DNA of 64,000 bases, from contig JAWLHJ010000003.1 in the NCBI GenBank assembly GCA_041690395.1, positions 352,001-416,000 on the forward strand. Reading direction: 5' to 3'. The position numbers and the translations under genes are program-made. The notes below the pieces were generated by a model. That model saw only the letters and a program-made list of their open reading frames with translations, ran no database searches and was not told where the DNA came from. How positions within the stretch are numbered: position 1 is the stretch's first letter; every line of letters starts with the position of its first letter. Source of the stretch: Longimicrobiales bacterium. Lineage in GTDB: Bacteria > Gemmatimonadota > Gemmatimonadetes > Longimicrobiales > Gaopeijiaceae. Positions 9,784 through 19,780 of the stretch are shown piece after piece.

Positions 9784-11306
9784 AGCACCCCCCGTTCCAC
9801 GATGAGCCTCGTCCATCCGAGCGGGCTCCAGGGCGCGCCCGCGAACAGCCCCGCACCGAGCGCCAGAGCGGCCGTGACGAGGGCCGGCACCACCAGCTTC
9901 CAGTCCGCCTCGAGCCAGCGGCCCCTGCCCACGTCCTGCCAGGCGGCGTTTCGGTCATCGAACCAGGCGGTGCGCAGGATGGGCAGGAAGTACGCCGCGT
10001 TCAGGGCACTACTGACAAGCAGCACGGGAACCACCCACCATGCCCCGCTGTCCAGCGCGCCGACCCCCAGATACCACTTGCTCGCGAACCCGGCGAGGGG
10101 CGGCAGACCGATCATCCCGAGCGCGCCCACCGAGAACGCCAGCATCGTGAGCGGCATGCGCCGGGCTACGCCACCCATCTCGCTGACCTTCTTGACGTGC
10201 AGCGTCTCGGAGAGGAGCCCGGCGCAGAAAAACAGGGTGATCTTCATGATCCCCTGGTGGACGAGATGTACCACGCCGCCGATGTGTGCCGTCGGCGCGA
10301 GTAGCGCGGCGCCGAGCGCGATGTAGGACAGCTGGCTCACCGTGCTGAACGCGAGCCGCCTCTTGAGGTCGTCCTGCTGGAGTGCGCGCAGCGATCCGTA
10401 GATGATCGTCACGGCGGCGAGTCCGGTCACGAGCTGCGCGAGCCCGAGCTCGGTTGCGACGTCGATCCCGAAGATCGAGTGCAGCAGACGGAGGAGCCCG
10501 AACGCGCCGGCCTTCACGACGGCGACGGCGTGCAGGAGCGCGCTGACCGGAGCCGGGGCGACCATGGCCACCGGCAGCCACCCGTGGAGCGGGAAGAAGG
10601 CGATCTTGACGCCGACTCCCGCCAGGAGCAGCAGAAAGACGAGGGTGTACGCGCCCGGCGCCGCGGCGACCGCCTCGGGCGCCACCATGCCCCCGGCTCG
10701 AAATTCGACCGATCCGGCCAGGACGTTCAACGCCACGGCACCGACCATCAGAAAGGCACCGGCGGTCAGCGTGTAGACGAGATACGTGCGGCCGGCCCGC
10801 ACCGCCTCTACCGTCCCGCGGTGGACGATGAGCGGGTACGTGGTCCACGTCAGCGCCTCGTAGAAGATGACGAAGGTGAAGAGGTCGCCGGCCATGGCGA
10901 GCCCGGTGGTCGCCGTCACACAGAGGCTGAAGAATGAGAAGAAGCGTGTCCGGTTCGGTGACCCCTCGAGGTAGCCCACCGCGTAGATCGTCGTGACGAG
11001 CCACAGACCCGCGGACAGGGTCACGAACAGGAGCGCGAGGGAGTCCCCGACCAGCCTGAGCTCGAAGCCCGGGAGGACCTGGAAGCTCCATTCGTGCCGG
11101 ACTCCGAGCGCGACGCCCCAGAGCATGAGCCCCACCAGGAGGACCTTGAGGACGGCGCCGACCAGGTTCAGTGTCGTCCGGAGCGTATGCTGTTCCTCGC
11201 GCAGCAGCATGATGCACAGCCCCGGCACGAACGAGCTGAGCACGACCAGGAGGGGGAGCGCCGTCCAGCCGGTGGCGACCGAGAGGGCGCCGCGTATCAG
11301 CTCCAT
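9780..11306 (-). CDS. Mrp antiporter subunit D-like (second copy)
   Basis: 'PLHGWLPVAMVAPAPVSALLHAVAVVKAG' and 'LKRRLAFSTVSQLSY'. Confidence 0.9.
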   Translation of the reverse strand: MELIRGALSVATGWTALPLLVVLSSFVPGLCIMLLREEQHTLRTTLNLVGAVLKVLLVGLMLWGVALGVRHEWSFQVLPGFELRLVGDSLALLFVTLSAGLWLVTTIYAVGYLEGSPNRTRFFSFFSLCVTATTGLAMAGDLFTFVIFYEALTWTTYPLIVHRGTVEAVRAGRTYLVYTLTAGAFLMVGAVALNVLAGSVEFRAGGMVAPEAVAAAPGAYTLVFLLLLAGVGVKIAFFPLHGWLPVAMVAPAPVSALLHAVAVVKAGAFGLLRLLHSIFGIDVATELGLAQLVTGLAAVTIIYGSLRALQQDDLKRRLAFSTVSQLSYIALGAALLAPTAHIGGVVHLVHQGIMKITLFFCAGLLSETLHVKKVSEMGGVARRMPLTMLAFSVGALGMIGLPPLAGFASKWYLGVGALDSGAWWVVPVLLVSSALNAAYFLPILRTAWFDDRNAAWQDVGRGRWLEADWKLVVPALVTAALALGAGLFAGAPWSPLGWTRLIVERGVL

Positions 11307-12817
11307 GGACCGACGCCCCCGATCCGGAGCAGTTCCATGATCTCGACGCCGCGCAGACCGAGCAGGACCGCCAGAAGAGCGAGCGCCAGTGCCGTCCACT
11401 CCATCCGACTCGGGACGGCCCTGAAGTCTCCCGGGTCCTCCGGGGCGTCGAACGCCTCCCGGGCGACCATGAGCACGTAGGCGAGCGTCAACAGGCCACC
11501 CACCGCGATGACCACGGCCCAGATCCAGCGCCCGGCCTCGAGCGCGGCTCCGAGCAACAGCCACTTCGCGAGGAAGCCCCCCGACGGAGGGACGCCGGCG
11601 AGGCTCAGCCCGCCGAGTCCGAAGGCCAAGAGGGACATAGGGAGCCTCCGGGCCACGCCCGAGATCGACTCGATGGCGTCATCGGCGACTGCGTAGGTCA
11701 TGTTTCCGGCCGCCAGGAACATGGCGGCCTTCGCCAGCCCATGGCACAGCGCGTGGTAGATCCCTCCGCTCCACGCGTCGAAGCTCCAGGCACCCGGTCC
11801 GGCATCTCCCGTCGGCTGTGCGAGGAGAGGGAACATCACGAACAGGTACCCGAGCTGAGCCACCGTGGAGTAGGCAATCAGGCGCTTGAGGCTCACCTGA
11901 CGGAGGGCCATGACCGACCCCCACACGATGGCTCCCGCTCCGAGCGTGCCCATGAGGACGAGCGCGCCCTGGGCGTCCGCGCCGGGAAGCGTGAGTCCGA
12001 ACACGAACAGCCAGAGCCGCACCATCACGTAGAACGACGACTTCACCACTAGCGCCGAGAGGATGGCGCTGGCCGGGGCCGGCGCGGCGGCGTGGGCCGG
12101 AGGAAGCCAGGCGTGTAGAGGAAAGAGCGCGGTCTTGGCGGCGAGGCCCGCGGTCGTGAGGGCGAGCGCGGAGGCGGAAGCGAGTCCCGAGGGTCGCGCC
12201 AGGGCAAGCTGCTCCAGCGAAAGCGTCCCGTGGACGAGGTACAGGATCGCGATCCCCAGCAGGAACAGCATCGATCCGGAGAGCGAGACGAACAGGTAGC
12301 GCATGCCCGCCTGGGTGGCCTTGCCGGTGACCGCCAGCGTGACGAGCGCAGCCGCGGACAGCCCGACGATCTCCAGCATGACGTAGAGGTTGAAAAGGTC
12401 GCCGGAGAGGAAGACCCCGTTGAGCCCGGCCCACAGGAACAGGCTCAGGGGGGTGAAGTAGCGGGCGCCCCGCGCACCGGGCGCGCTGTAGTCACCGGGT
12501 GGGGCGGTCTCCCCGAAGTAGATACTCGCGTAGACACCGACCGCGGTGCCTACGACGGCGGCGAGAGCGAGGAAGAGCACCGAGAGCCCGTCCACATAGA
12601 GTTCGATGCCGAGCGGACGTCCCCATCCGCCCAGAGCGTGCCGGGCCACGCCGTTGGCGATCACCGTGAGGTAGAGGCCCGCGGCCGCGGTGAGGGAGCC
12701 GGCCGAGCCCAGGGCCAGTCCCGCGAGAATCGACCGGCGACCGCCCACGAGGCTCACCAGCGCCCCGACGACCGGCGCGACGATGGCCAGCGTGCTCCAG
12801 ATCTCGACCGAAATCAC
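11297..12817 (-). CDS. mrpD: Mrp antiporter subunit D
   Basis: 'GGWGRPLGIEL.VDGLS', 'DLFNLYV.LE' and 'LKRLIAYSTVAQLGY'. Confidence 0.9.
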   Translation of the reverse strand: MISVEIWSTLAIVAPVVGALVSLVGGRRSILAGLALGSAGSLTAAAGLYLTVIANGVARHALGGWGRPLGIELYVDGLSVLFLALAAVVGTAVGVYASIYFGETAPPGDYSAPGARGARYFTPLSLFLWAGLNGVFLSGDLFNLYVMLEIVGLSAAALVTLAVTGKATQAGMRYLFVSLSGSMLFLLGIAILYLVHGTLSLEQLALARPSGLASASALALTTAGLAAKTALFPLHAWLPPAHAAAPAPASAILSALVVKSSFYVMVRLWLFVFGLTLPGADAQGALVLMGTLGAGAIVWGSVMALRQVSLKRLIAYSTVAQLGYLFVMFPLLAQPTGDAGPGAWSFDAWSGGIYHALCHGLAKAAMFLAAGNMTYAVADDAIESISGVARRLPMSLLAFGLGGLSLAGVPPSGGFLAKWLLLGAALEAGRWIWAVVIAVGGLLTLAYVLMVAREAFDAPEDPGDFRAVPSRMEWTALALALLAVLLGLRGVEIMELLRIGGVGPWS

Positions 12818-13173
12818 GACTGCGGCCCGGAAGAGTCGCTTTCCGGTCCGGTGCTACCGGCCCCGGAACGGGGGGCGTCCTCGGAGAGAAACGGTCCCCC
12901 CGAGCGAACGACGACACGCAACGCCATGCCGAGCGCGAGCGCCGACGAGGCGGCGGCGACCACGATCCCGGTGAGCACCATGGCCTGGGGCACGGGGTCG
13001 GCACCCTCGCCGGGGAGTCTGGGCGCGGCCGCGATCAGGATCAGGAAGATGCCACTGCCCATGAAGTTGACGCCCAGGACCTTCCAGAAGAGGTGAGCCC
13101 GACCCAGCGTCCCGGCCAGCCCCGCCACGAAGACCGCCGCACCGGCGATGACATAGGCGATCTCGGAGCTCAC
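12814..13173 (-). CDS. mrpC: Mrp antiporter subunit C
   Basis: 'DPVPQAMVLTGIVV'. Confidence 0.92.
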   Translation of the reverse strand: MSSEIAYVIAGAAVFVAGLAGTLGRAHLFWKVLGVNFMGSGIFLILIAAAPRLPGEGADPVPQAMVLTGIVVAAASSALALGMALRVVVRSGGPFLSEDAPRSGAGSTGPESDSSGPQS

Positions 13174-14240
13174 TCGTCTTCCTCCGGACTCCGGATCAGC
13201 GCTCCATCCAGCGTCAGCGTCCGCCCGAGGGGGTCACCCGTCGGATCGACGGTGGCCAGCCGCGGGTCGACCTCGGGAGCCGCCGGCACGTCGATGAAAA
13301 GCTCGAGGAGGATGACCGCGATGGACAGCGTGAGCACGCCCTCCACCACGAGCGTGATCACATAGCCCCAGCCGTCCGGGTAGGCGAGGAAGGCGCCCGT
13401 CCAGGGCATGAGCCCCACGCCGACGAACACGAACAGTCCGAGCCCCATGGTCCCGATGGCCCGCACGGCGGGGGCACCCGACGTGATCGGGCGCATGAGC
13501 CCGCTGGCCGCCAGCAGGACACCGACACCCGCGAGCAGCGCGGCGCCCTGGAATGCGCCTCCCGGGCCGCTCGATCCGGACCAGACCAGATAGACGGCCA
13601 ACACCCCCGCCACCGGTGCGACCAGCCGGGTGAGCGTCTCGAGCACGGGGTCCTCCCGGAGCTCCTTCGGGTCGCGGGCGAAGTTCCGGTTGCCGCGATC
13701 CAGCGACCATACCGCCACCATCGCGACGACCAGCGCGCACACCTCGAAGAGGGTATCGTAGGCGCGAAATCCCAGGAGCACTCCGGTGACCGGGTTGGAC
13801 ACACCCGTATGCTCGAGGGAAGCACGCACCTCCTCGGCGAGCACGGCGTCCCTGAGCGGTATGCCCACCAGGATCGTCATCAGCGTCACGGAGAGCACTC
13901 CCGCCGCGCCGATGCTCACCACGCGCAGCACTCCGGATCCCGAGCCGGGCCCCCGATCGATCACGTGGCCCGGGCCGGCACCCGACGTGCCCGGATCGGT
14001 CCGCGCGAGGCGCTGGAACGCGTTCAGGAACAGGGCCCCCGTCACACCGGCGCCGAGCGCGGCCTCGGCCAGCGCCACGTCCGGCGCGCCCAGCCTGACC
14101 CAGGCGAGCGAGAGCGTCAGGCCGACGGCGATGAACAGCACCACGGCTTCCAGGAGGTCCCTGGTGAGCATGGCGCGCGCCACGAGCGTCACGAGGAGGA
14201 CGGCCACGCTCACGTCGAGGGCCCAGACCAGCGTGCTCAC
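13170..14240 (-). CDS. mrpB: Mrp subunit B with an N-terminal DUF4040 (MrpA C-terminal-like) segment
   Basis: 'APDVALAEAALGAG', 'NPVTGVLLGFRAYDTLFE' and 'PGGAFQG'. Confidence 0.88.
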   Translation of the reverse strand: MSTLVWALDVSVAVLLVTLVARAMLTRDLLEAVVLFIAVGLTLSLAWVRLGAPDVALAEAALGAGVTGALFLNAFQRLARTDPGTSGAGPGHVIDRGPGSGSGVLRVVSIGAAGVLSVTLMTILVGIPLRDAVLAEEVRASLEHTGVSNPVTGVLLGFRAYDTLFEVCALVVAMVAVWSLDRGNRNFARDPKELREDPVLETLTRLVAPVAGVLAVYLVWSGSSGPGGAFQGAALLAGVGVLLAASGLMRPITSGAPAVRAIGTMGLGLFVFVGVGLMPWTGAFLAYPDGWGYVITLVVEGVLTLSIAVILLELFIDVPAAPEVDPRLATVDPTGDPLGRTLTLDGALIRSPEEDE

Positions 14241-14548
14241 CCGCCCTCCCCGGAGTCACCGCGCCACGGCTCGATGCCCTGCCGCAGGGCCGATCGCGCC
14301 AACAGGTGGCAGACGGTCGCGGCCGCCACGAGGACGAGGAACCACGTGAGGACGAGCTGGAGCCGCGTCGACCACGGCATGGGCTGGAGGATGAGCCCGG
14401 CCACCAGCATGCCCAGGCCCAGGTTGTCGGCCTTGGTGAGCGCATGGAGCCGGCAGTAGAAGTCGGGGAAGCGCAGCAGCCCGACGGTGCCGGCGAAGAA
14501 GAAGAAGGCGCCGGCCGTGAGGAGCAGGACGGAGAGGACCGCCGTCAT
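14237..14548 (-). CDS. mrpG: Mrp antiporter subunit G
   Basis: 'GLLRFPDFYCRLHALTKAD'. Confidence 0.92.
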   Translation of the reverse strand: MTAVLSVLLLTAGAFFFFAGTVGLLRFPDFYCRLHALTKADNLGLGMLVAGLILQPMPWSTRLQLVLTWFLVLVAAATVCHLLARSALRQGIEPWRGDSGEGG

Positions 14549-14877
14549 CGGGCTCCTTCGGGCGTGCCCGCCGTCCCCGGCCCGGAGCCGTCCCCGCCCT
14601 CGCGACCGTCCCCGTCCCGGGGCTTCCTGACCCACCCCCGCTTCACGAACGCGACCGACATCACGACGGCCAGCACCGCGAAGACGAGCGCCACGTCACG
14701 GAGCGCGGGCGTATCGGTGGCCGTCGCGAGCACGAGCAGCGTCGCCACCCCGTGGGTCCCGAAGAGCTGGGCCGCGACCATGCGATCGCCCGGCGTCGGG
14801 CCCCGCGCCACACGGATGAGCCCCAGGGCCAGGTTCAGCATGAGGAGCACGGCGATCCCGAAGAGGAACGAAGTCAT
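14545..14877 (-). CDS. mrpF: Mrp antiporter subunit F
   Basis: 'RGPTPGDRMVA' and 'DVALVFAVL'. Confidence 0.9.
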   Translation of the reverse strand: MTSFLFGIAVLLMLNLALGLIRVARGPTPGDRMVAAQLFGTHGVATLLVLATATDTPALRDVALVFAVLAVVMSVAFVKRGWVRKPRDGDGREGGDGSGPGTAGTPEGAR

Positions 14878-15344
14878 CGGTCGCGGCCCCTGAACAGGGT
14901 GGCCACGCGGCGCTCGAGCTCGACCACCCTCGACTCCGACCGCTTCCCGCCGACCAGGAGGTGAACCGTCAGCACGTCGTCCCGAAGGTCCGCCGCGAAC
15001 GTCCCGGGCAGGAGGCTCAACGCGTTGCTCATGAAGACGCGGGCGGAGCTCGAAGGCAGCGAGAGTCGGTGCGTCATGACTCCCGGCGAGATGGGGAGCC
15101 CCGGACTCAACGCCCTACGGCTTACATCCCAGCCGCCGAGCACCGATTGACCGACGAAGTAGAGGCCGAAGCGCGCCAACCGCAGCGGGCGAACCCCGAC
15201 CGGGCTCATTCGGCTGGCATACAGTCGCAGCCCCACCCCGGCCGCAACGGCCACGACGCCCGCCATCCACGAGCCGGGCACCGGTTCCAGGATCCACCAG
15301 ACCAGCGCCAGGAAGGCCGCCCATGCCAAAACTCCGCGGATCAA
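14874..15344 (-). CDS. mrpE: Mrp antiporter subunit E
   Basis: 'ISPG', 'NALSLLPGT' and 'LTVHLL'. Confidence 0.88.
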   Translation of the reverse strand: MIRGVLAWAAFLALVWWILEPVPGSWMAGVVAVAAGVGLRLYASRMSPVGVRPLRLARFGLYFVGQSVLGGWDVSRRALSPGLPISPGVMTHRLSLPSSSARVFMSNALSLLPGTFAADLRDDVLTVHLLVGGKRSESRVVELERRVATLFRGRDR

Positions 15345-15451
15345 TGCGCCCCCCGGCCGATGTGGTGCTTTGCTGCAAGCTCACCGTACGGTATTCAACC
15401 CTCGGCTCGCTTACCAGCTTGGGACGCCCGGGAGCCGCTCCCGCATGGGGG

Positions 15452-17878
15452 TCAATCGACTCCGAGGCGCTCCTCGGCTTCCGCGACCGCCCTCAGCACG
15501 TCGACCACCGAATCCGGATTCACCGATATGGAATCGATCCCGGCCTCCACCAGGAACGCGGCGAAGTCGGGGTAATCGCTCGGAGCCTGGCCACAGATTC
15601 CGACGGGTCGGTCGGCCGCGTGGGCGCGTTCGACGACCATCCGGATCATCTCCTTCACGCCGGGATCCCGCTCGTCGAAGAGATCCCGCAGACGCTCCGA
15701 GTCCCGATCGACACCCAGCACCAGCTGCGTGAGGTCGTTGGACCCGATGGAGAATCCGTCGATGCGCTCCGCGAACTCCGCCGCCCTGAGCACGTTGGAG
15801 GGGATCTCACACATGACGTAGACCTCGAGGCCGTTCTCGCCGCGTCGCAATCCCTCTTCCGCCATCGCCTCGAGCACCCGGTCCGCCTCGTCGGGGGTGC
15901 GACAGAACGGGATCATGGGGATGACGTTCCGGAAGCCCATCTCCTCGCGGACGCGCCGGAGGGCCCGGCACTCCAGCCCGAAGCCCTCCCGGTACTCGTC
16001 GGCGTAGTAGCGGACGGCGCCGCGGAAGCCCAGCATCGGATTCTCCTCCTCGGGCTCGAACTGCGCGCCACCGAGCAGCGCGGCGTACTCGTTGGTCTTG
16101 AAGTCACTGAGACGGACCACCGCGGGATGCGGATGGCAGGACGCCGCGACCCGGGCGATGGCCCGGGCGAGACGGTCGACGAAGAACTCCGTCGGCTCCT
16201 CTCCGTCCAGGCGCTCCTCGATCTTCCGTCGCACCTCCTCGTCATCGAGGCTGTCGAACCGGGTGAGCGCCACGGGGTGGATTCCGATGAGATCGGCCAC
16301 GATGAACTCGATCCGGGCGAGTCCGATGCCCTTCAGCGGCAGCCGCCACCAGCGGAACGCGGTGGCCGGATCGGCGACGATCATCATGATGGGCGTGCGC
16401 ACGTCCGGAAGCCCGTCGAGGTCGACGTCCCGCTCGTCGTAGTCGAGCCGACCCTCGTACACGACGCCCTCGGCCCCTTCCGCGCAGGACACCGTCACCT
16501 CGTCTCCGCTCTGGATGAGCTCGGTCGCTCGGCCGGTGCCGACGATCGCCGGGATGCCGAGCTCGCGGCTCACGATGGCCGCGTGGCTCGTGCGCCCACC
16601 ATGATCGGTGACCACGGCGCTGGCGCTCTCCAGGATCGGGCCCCAGTCGGGGTCCGTGCGGTCGGTGACGAGGACGGCGCCATCCTCGAACCGGTCGATC
16701 TCTTCGGGCGAGTCGAGCCGGATGGCGGTACCCACAGCGATGGCGCTCCCGATGGCGGCGCCCCGCACGACCGGCTCTCCCCGCTCGCGGAGCTCGTAGA
16801 CCTTCAACCGTCCGCCCGCTTCACGGGACCGCACCGTCTCCGGTCGGGCCTGGACGATGAAGATCTCCCCGGTCTCCCCGTCCTTGGCCCATTCGATGTC
16901 CATGGGACGCCCGTAGTGCGCCTCGATGACGACGCCCCACCTCGCCAGACGCAGCACGTCGTCGTCGTCGAGCACGAACCGGCGGCGATCCTCCTCGGTG
17001 ACGTCGACCTCCTTCACGCCGCCCCCGTCGTCTTCGCCATAGACGATCTTCACGTCCTTTCCCCCGCGCCGCTTCTCGATGATCGGAGCCAGACCCTCGT
17101 CTTCGAGGAGCGGCTTGAACACCATGAAGCGGTCCGGGTTGACGATACCCTGCACGACGGATTCGCCGAGACCCCACGCCGCGTCGATGAGGACGACGTC
17201 GGGGAAGCCGCTCTCGGTGTCGAGGGTGAACATCACGCCGGCCCCGCCGAGGTCCGCACGCACCATGCGCTGCACCCCCACGGAGAGGGCGACCTCGAGG
17301 TGATCGAAGCCCTTCTCCTCTCGGTACGAGATCGCCCGGTCGGTGAACAACGAGGCGTAGCAGTTCCGGCAAGCCTCGAGGAGCGCGTCTTCGCCGCGCA
17401 CGTTCAGGAACGTCTCCTGTTGCCCCGCGAACGACGCTTCCGGGAGGTCCTCGGCCGTAGCGCTGCTTCGCACGGCCACGGCGATGGGCTCGTCCCCGTG
17501 TCGGCCCGACAGCTCCCGGTACGCGGTCCTGATCGCCTCGGCCACGTCCTCCGGGAAATCACCCTCCCGGAACATCTTCCGGATGCGACTGCCGACGTCG
17601 CCCACGCGCTCGAGGCTTTCCAGATCGGACAGGGCATCGCGGATGCCCTGCTCCAGACCGTTCTCCTCGACGAAAAGGCGGTAGGCGTCGGCCGTGGTGG
17701 CGAAGCCGCCGGGCACGCGTACGCCCTGCTCGGCGAGAGCGCCGACCATCTCTCCCAACGAAGCGTTCTTCCCTCCCACGAGGGCGACGTCGCCTTGATC
17801 GAGCTCCTGGAGGCGTCGTACCCAGCGGGGGTCGGGCGTGCTCGTCGATTGCTTCGTACCGTCCGTGTCTTCGCTCAT
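15452..17878 (-). CDS. ppsA: Phosphoenolpyruvate synthase
   Basis: 'VGGKNASLGEM', 'VRSSATAEDLP.ASFAGQQET', phospho-His 'GGRTSHAAIVSRELG' and 'FSIGSNDLTQL'. Confidence 0.97.
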   Translation of the reverse strand: MSEDTDGTKQSTSTPDPRWVRRLQELDQGDVALVGGKNASLGEMVGALAEQGVRVPGGFATTADAYRLFVEENGLEQGIRDALSDLESLERVGDVGSRIRKMFREGDFPEDVAEAIRTAYRELSGRHGDEPIAVAVRSSATAEDLPEASFAGQQETFLNVRGEDALLEACRNCYASLFTDRAISYREEKGFDHLEVALSVGVQRMVRADLGGAGVMFTLDTESGFPDVVLIDAAWGLGESVVQGIVNPDRFMVFKPLLEDEGLAPIIEKRRGGKDVKIVYGEDDGGGVKEVDVTEEDRRRFVLDDDDVLRLARWGVVIEAHYGRPMDIEWAKDGETGEIFIVQARPETVRSREAGGRLKVYELRERGEPVVRGAAIGSAIAVGTAIRLDSPEEIDRFEDGAVLVTDRTDPDWGPILESASAVVTDHGGRTSHAAIVSRELGIPAIVGTGRATELIQSGDEVTVSCAEGAEGVVYEGRLDYDERDVDLDGLPDVRTPIMMIVADPATAFRWWRLPLKGIGLARIEFIVADLIGIHPVALTRFDSLDDEEVRRKIEERLDGEEPTEFFVDRLARAIARVAASCHPHPAVVRLSDFKTNEYAALLGGAQFEPEEENPMLGFRGAVRYYADEYREGFGLECRALRRVREEMGFRNVIPMIPFCRTPDEADRVLEAMAEEGLRRGENGLEVYVMCEIPSNVLRAAEFAERIDGFSIGSNDLTQLVLGVDRDSERLRDLFDERDPGVKEMIRMVVERAHAADRPVGICGQAPSDYPDFAAFLVEAGIDSISVNPDSVVDVLRAVAEAEERLGVD

Positions 17879-18011
17879 CGGCCTCCCTCGGTCCCTTCGA
17901 TCGTGCGCTCGTCAGCACAATACCCCCCAACGGTACCCACGGCACGTCGGGGAGGGAGGGATGGCCTCTCGGGGGCCCGCGCGGGCGAGCCGGTGTGGTC
18001 CGGGTCCGGCG

Positions 18012-18215
18012 TCAGCGTCGGGAGCGCGCGAGAACGTGCTCGGGGGCCGTCCGGTTGGGCGTGTGGCCCAGCTCGAGCTCGTCCAGCGCCGGTGCGCGAG
18101 CATCGTCGGGCTCGTCCGCGGGCCGGAACCCGAAGCCCAGCGCGACGAAAGCGCTCCAGAAAGCGACACCGGAGATCACCCAGATTTCGACGGCCGCTCC
18201 CAGTTCGATGCTCAT
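18012..18215 (-). CDS. Small single-TM hypothetical protein (67 aa)
   Basis: ATG 18215 after GGAG. Hydrophobic 'IWVISGVAFWSAFVALGFGF' followed by an acidic tail. Confidence 0.45.
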   Translation of the reverse strand: MSIELGAAVEIWVISGVAFWSAFVALGFGFRPADEPDDARAPALDELELGHTPNRTAPEHVLARSRR

Positions 18216-18451
18216 CTCTGCTCCGTGGACCCTGGTCCTCGCGGTCCTTGCGGTCTGAACGATGCACGGAGAGCCTCTCGGGCACCCCGGTCCTTCGCCA
18301 TCGGCGAGGGATGACCCCATATCGATACAAGATCCGCACCGGACGGATGCCAAATCACATATGTCTCTTTCCTGCAGTAGCTTATGTCGCCATCCCACCG
18401 TCGGAGGTGTCGGCGCGGGCTTCGCAGGACGCCCGTTATTGGGGCCCTGAC

Positions 18452-18487
18452 TGTCACAATATGCGACACCATGTCCGGATTCGGACA
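18452..18487. promoter_or_regulatory. Tandem TGT..ACA palindromes, candidate enhancer-binding-protein sites
   Basis: TGTCACAATATGCGACA (18452-18468) and TGTCCGGATTCGGACA (18472-18487) in a divergent intergenic region. Confidence 0.5.
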
Positions 18488-18631
18488 GCGCGCATCGTGC
18501 GTCCGGCCACACCTCCTCCTGGCCGCTCCGCCTACGCCGGAAGGGTGCCGGTAGCACACGGCAGACCCGCACCCTACCTTGGCCGAACCCCCCTCGGCAT
18601 CCACCAGCATCCATAGGCCGGCTGCAGCTTC

Positions 18632-19780
18632 ATGGAACATATCCCAGAGGACCTCAAGGGATCCGACTTCGTCGCGATTCTCGAGGCGCTCGCGAGCGGG
18701 GTCTCCATCGCGAACGCGGAGGGGCGGATCATCTACTCGAACGGCGCGGCGAACCGTATTCTCGGTACGGCGCGCAGCGACGCCCCACCGTCGGAATGGG
18801 CCGACCACTACGGGGTGTTCGTTCCGGGCACGGACACCCCGTTCCCTGAGAGCGATTACCCATTGGTTCGAGCCCTGAAGGGCGAAGAAGCCGACGACGT
18901 GGAGCTCGTGATCCGCAACCCGGCACACTCCGGCGACGTCACCATCCAGTGCTCGGCCCGCCCCCTCAGGAACGGCGGAGATTCGCTCACCGGCGCCGTC
19001 GTGATCTTCCGCGACGTCACTGCCCTGAAGGAGGCCCTCGCCGACCTGGAGCGCTCCAACGACGAGTTGCACCAGGCGCAGCGGATGAAGGAAGAGCTCA
19101 ACGCATTCATCGTGCACGACCTGAAGAACCCCATCCAGACGGTCCTGGCCCTCGCCGACCTGATGGAGACGGCGGAGGAGATCGATCCGGAACAGGTGCG
19201 CGCCGATGCCGCCGAGACCCGGGCCGCCGCCGAGCGCATGCACCGCATGGTATTGGATCTGCTCGATCTCCAGCTCTCGGAAGACGGACGCCTGGAGGTC
19301 GAGCGCGAGCCGGTACTGGTCCGGGACCTCCTGGAAGAGGCCGCCCAGGCCCTCCGCACCCGGGCGCCGGGCATCACGGTCGGGAGCATCTCACCGGGTC
19401 TGACCCTCGAGATCGACCGCTCGCTGGCCTTCCGGCTGCTGACGAATCTGGTCGACAACTGCGTGAAGTACGGGCCAACCGAGGGGACGATCCTTCTCGA
19501 AGGGTCGGCGACGGGAGACGGATCGGCCATTCTGTCCGTTCAGGACGAGGGACCCGGCGTCCCGGAGGAGCTCAAGGAGCGGATCTTCGACAAGTACGCG
19601 CAGTTGGAGCGCAACCTGGGCCGGCGAGTCGCCGATAGTCGCGGGCTCGGGCTGCGGTTCTGCCGGGTCGTGGCGGAGGCGCACGGAGGGGAGATCTGGG
19701 TCGAGAACGTGCAGCCGACCGGAGCGCGTTTCATCGTGAAGCTGAAGACCCCGTCTGGAGACAACCATGTCGTTCCGTAA
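18632..19780 (+). CDS. PAS-domain sensor histidine kinase (cytoplasmic)
   Basis: N-terminal PAS. H-box 'VHDLKNP', N-box 'NLVDNCVKY', 'DEGPG' and 'GLGL'. Confidence 0.92.
   Translation: MEHIPEDLKGSDFVAILEALASGVSIANAEGRIIYSNGAANRILGTARSDAPPSEWADHYGVFVPGTDTPFPESDYPLVRALKGEEADDVELVIRNPAHSGDVTIQCSARPLRNGGDSLTGAVVIFRDVTALKEALADLERSNDELHQAQRMKEELNAFIVHDLKNPIQTVLALADLMETAEEIDPEQVRADAAETRAAAERMHRMVLDLLDLQLSEDGRLEVEREPVLVRDLLEEAAQALRTRAPGITVGSISPGLTLEIDRSLAFRLLTNLVDNCVKYGPTEGTILLEGSATGDGSAILSVQDEGPGVPEELKERIFDKYAQLERNLGRRVADSRGLGLRFCRVVAEAHGGEIWVENVQPTGARFIVKLKTPSGDNHVVP

Noticed and set aside
15372..15392. sigma-54 motif upstream of mrpE
   Set aside because: TTGCA is present, but there is no GG at the required 10-nt spacing.
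15323..18616. 1097-aa plus-strand ORF
   Set aside because: Antisense shadow of ppsA in high-GC DNA, with no recognisable motifs.
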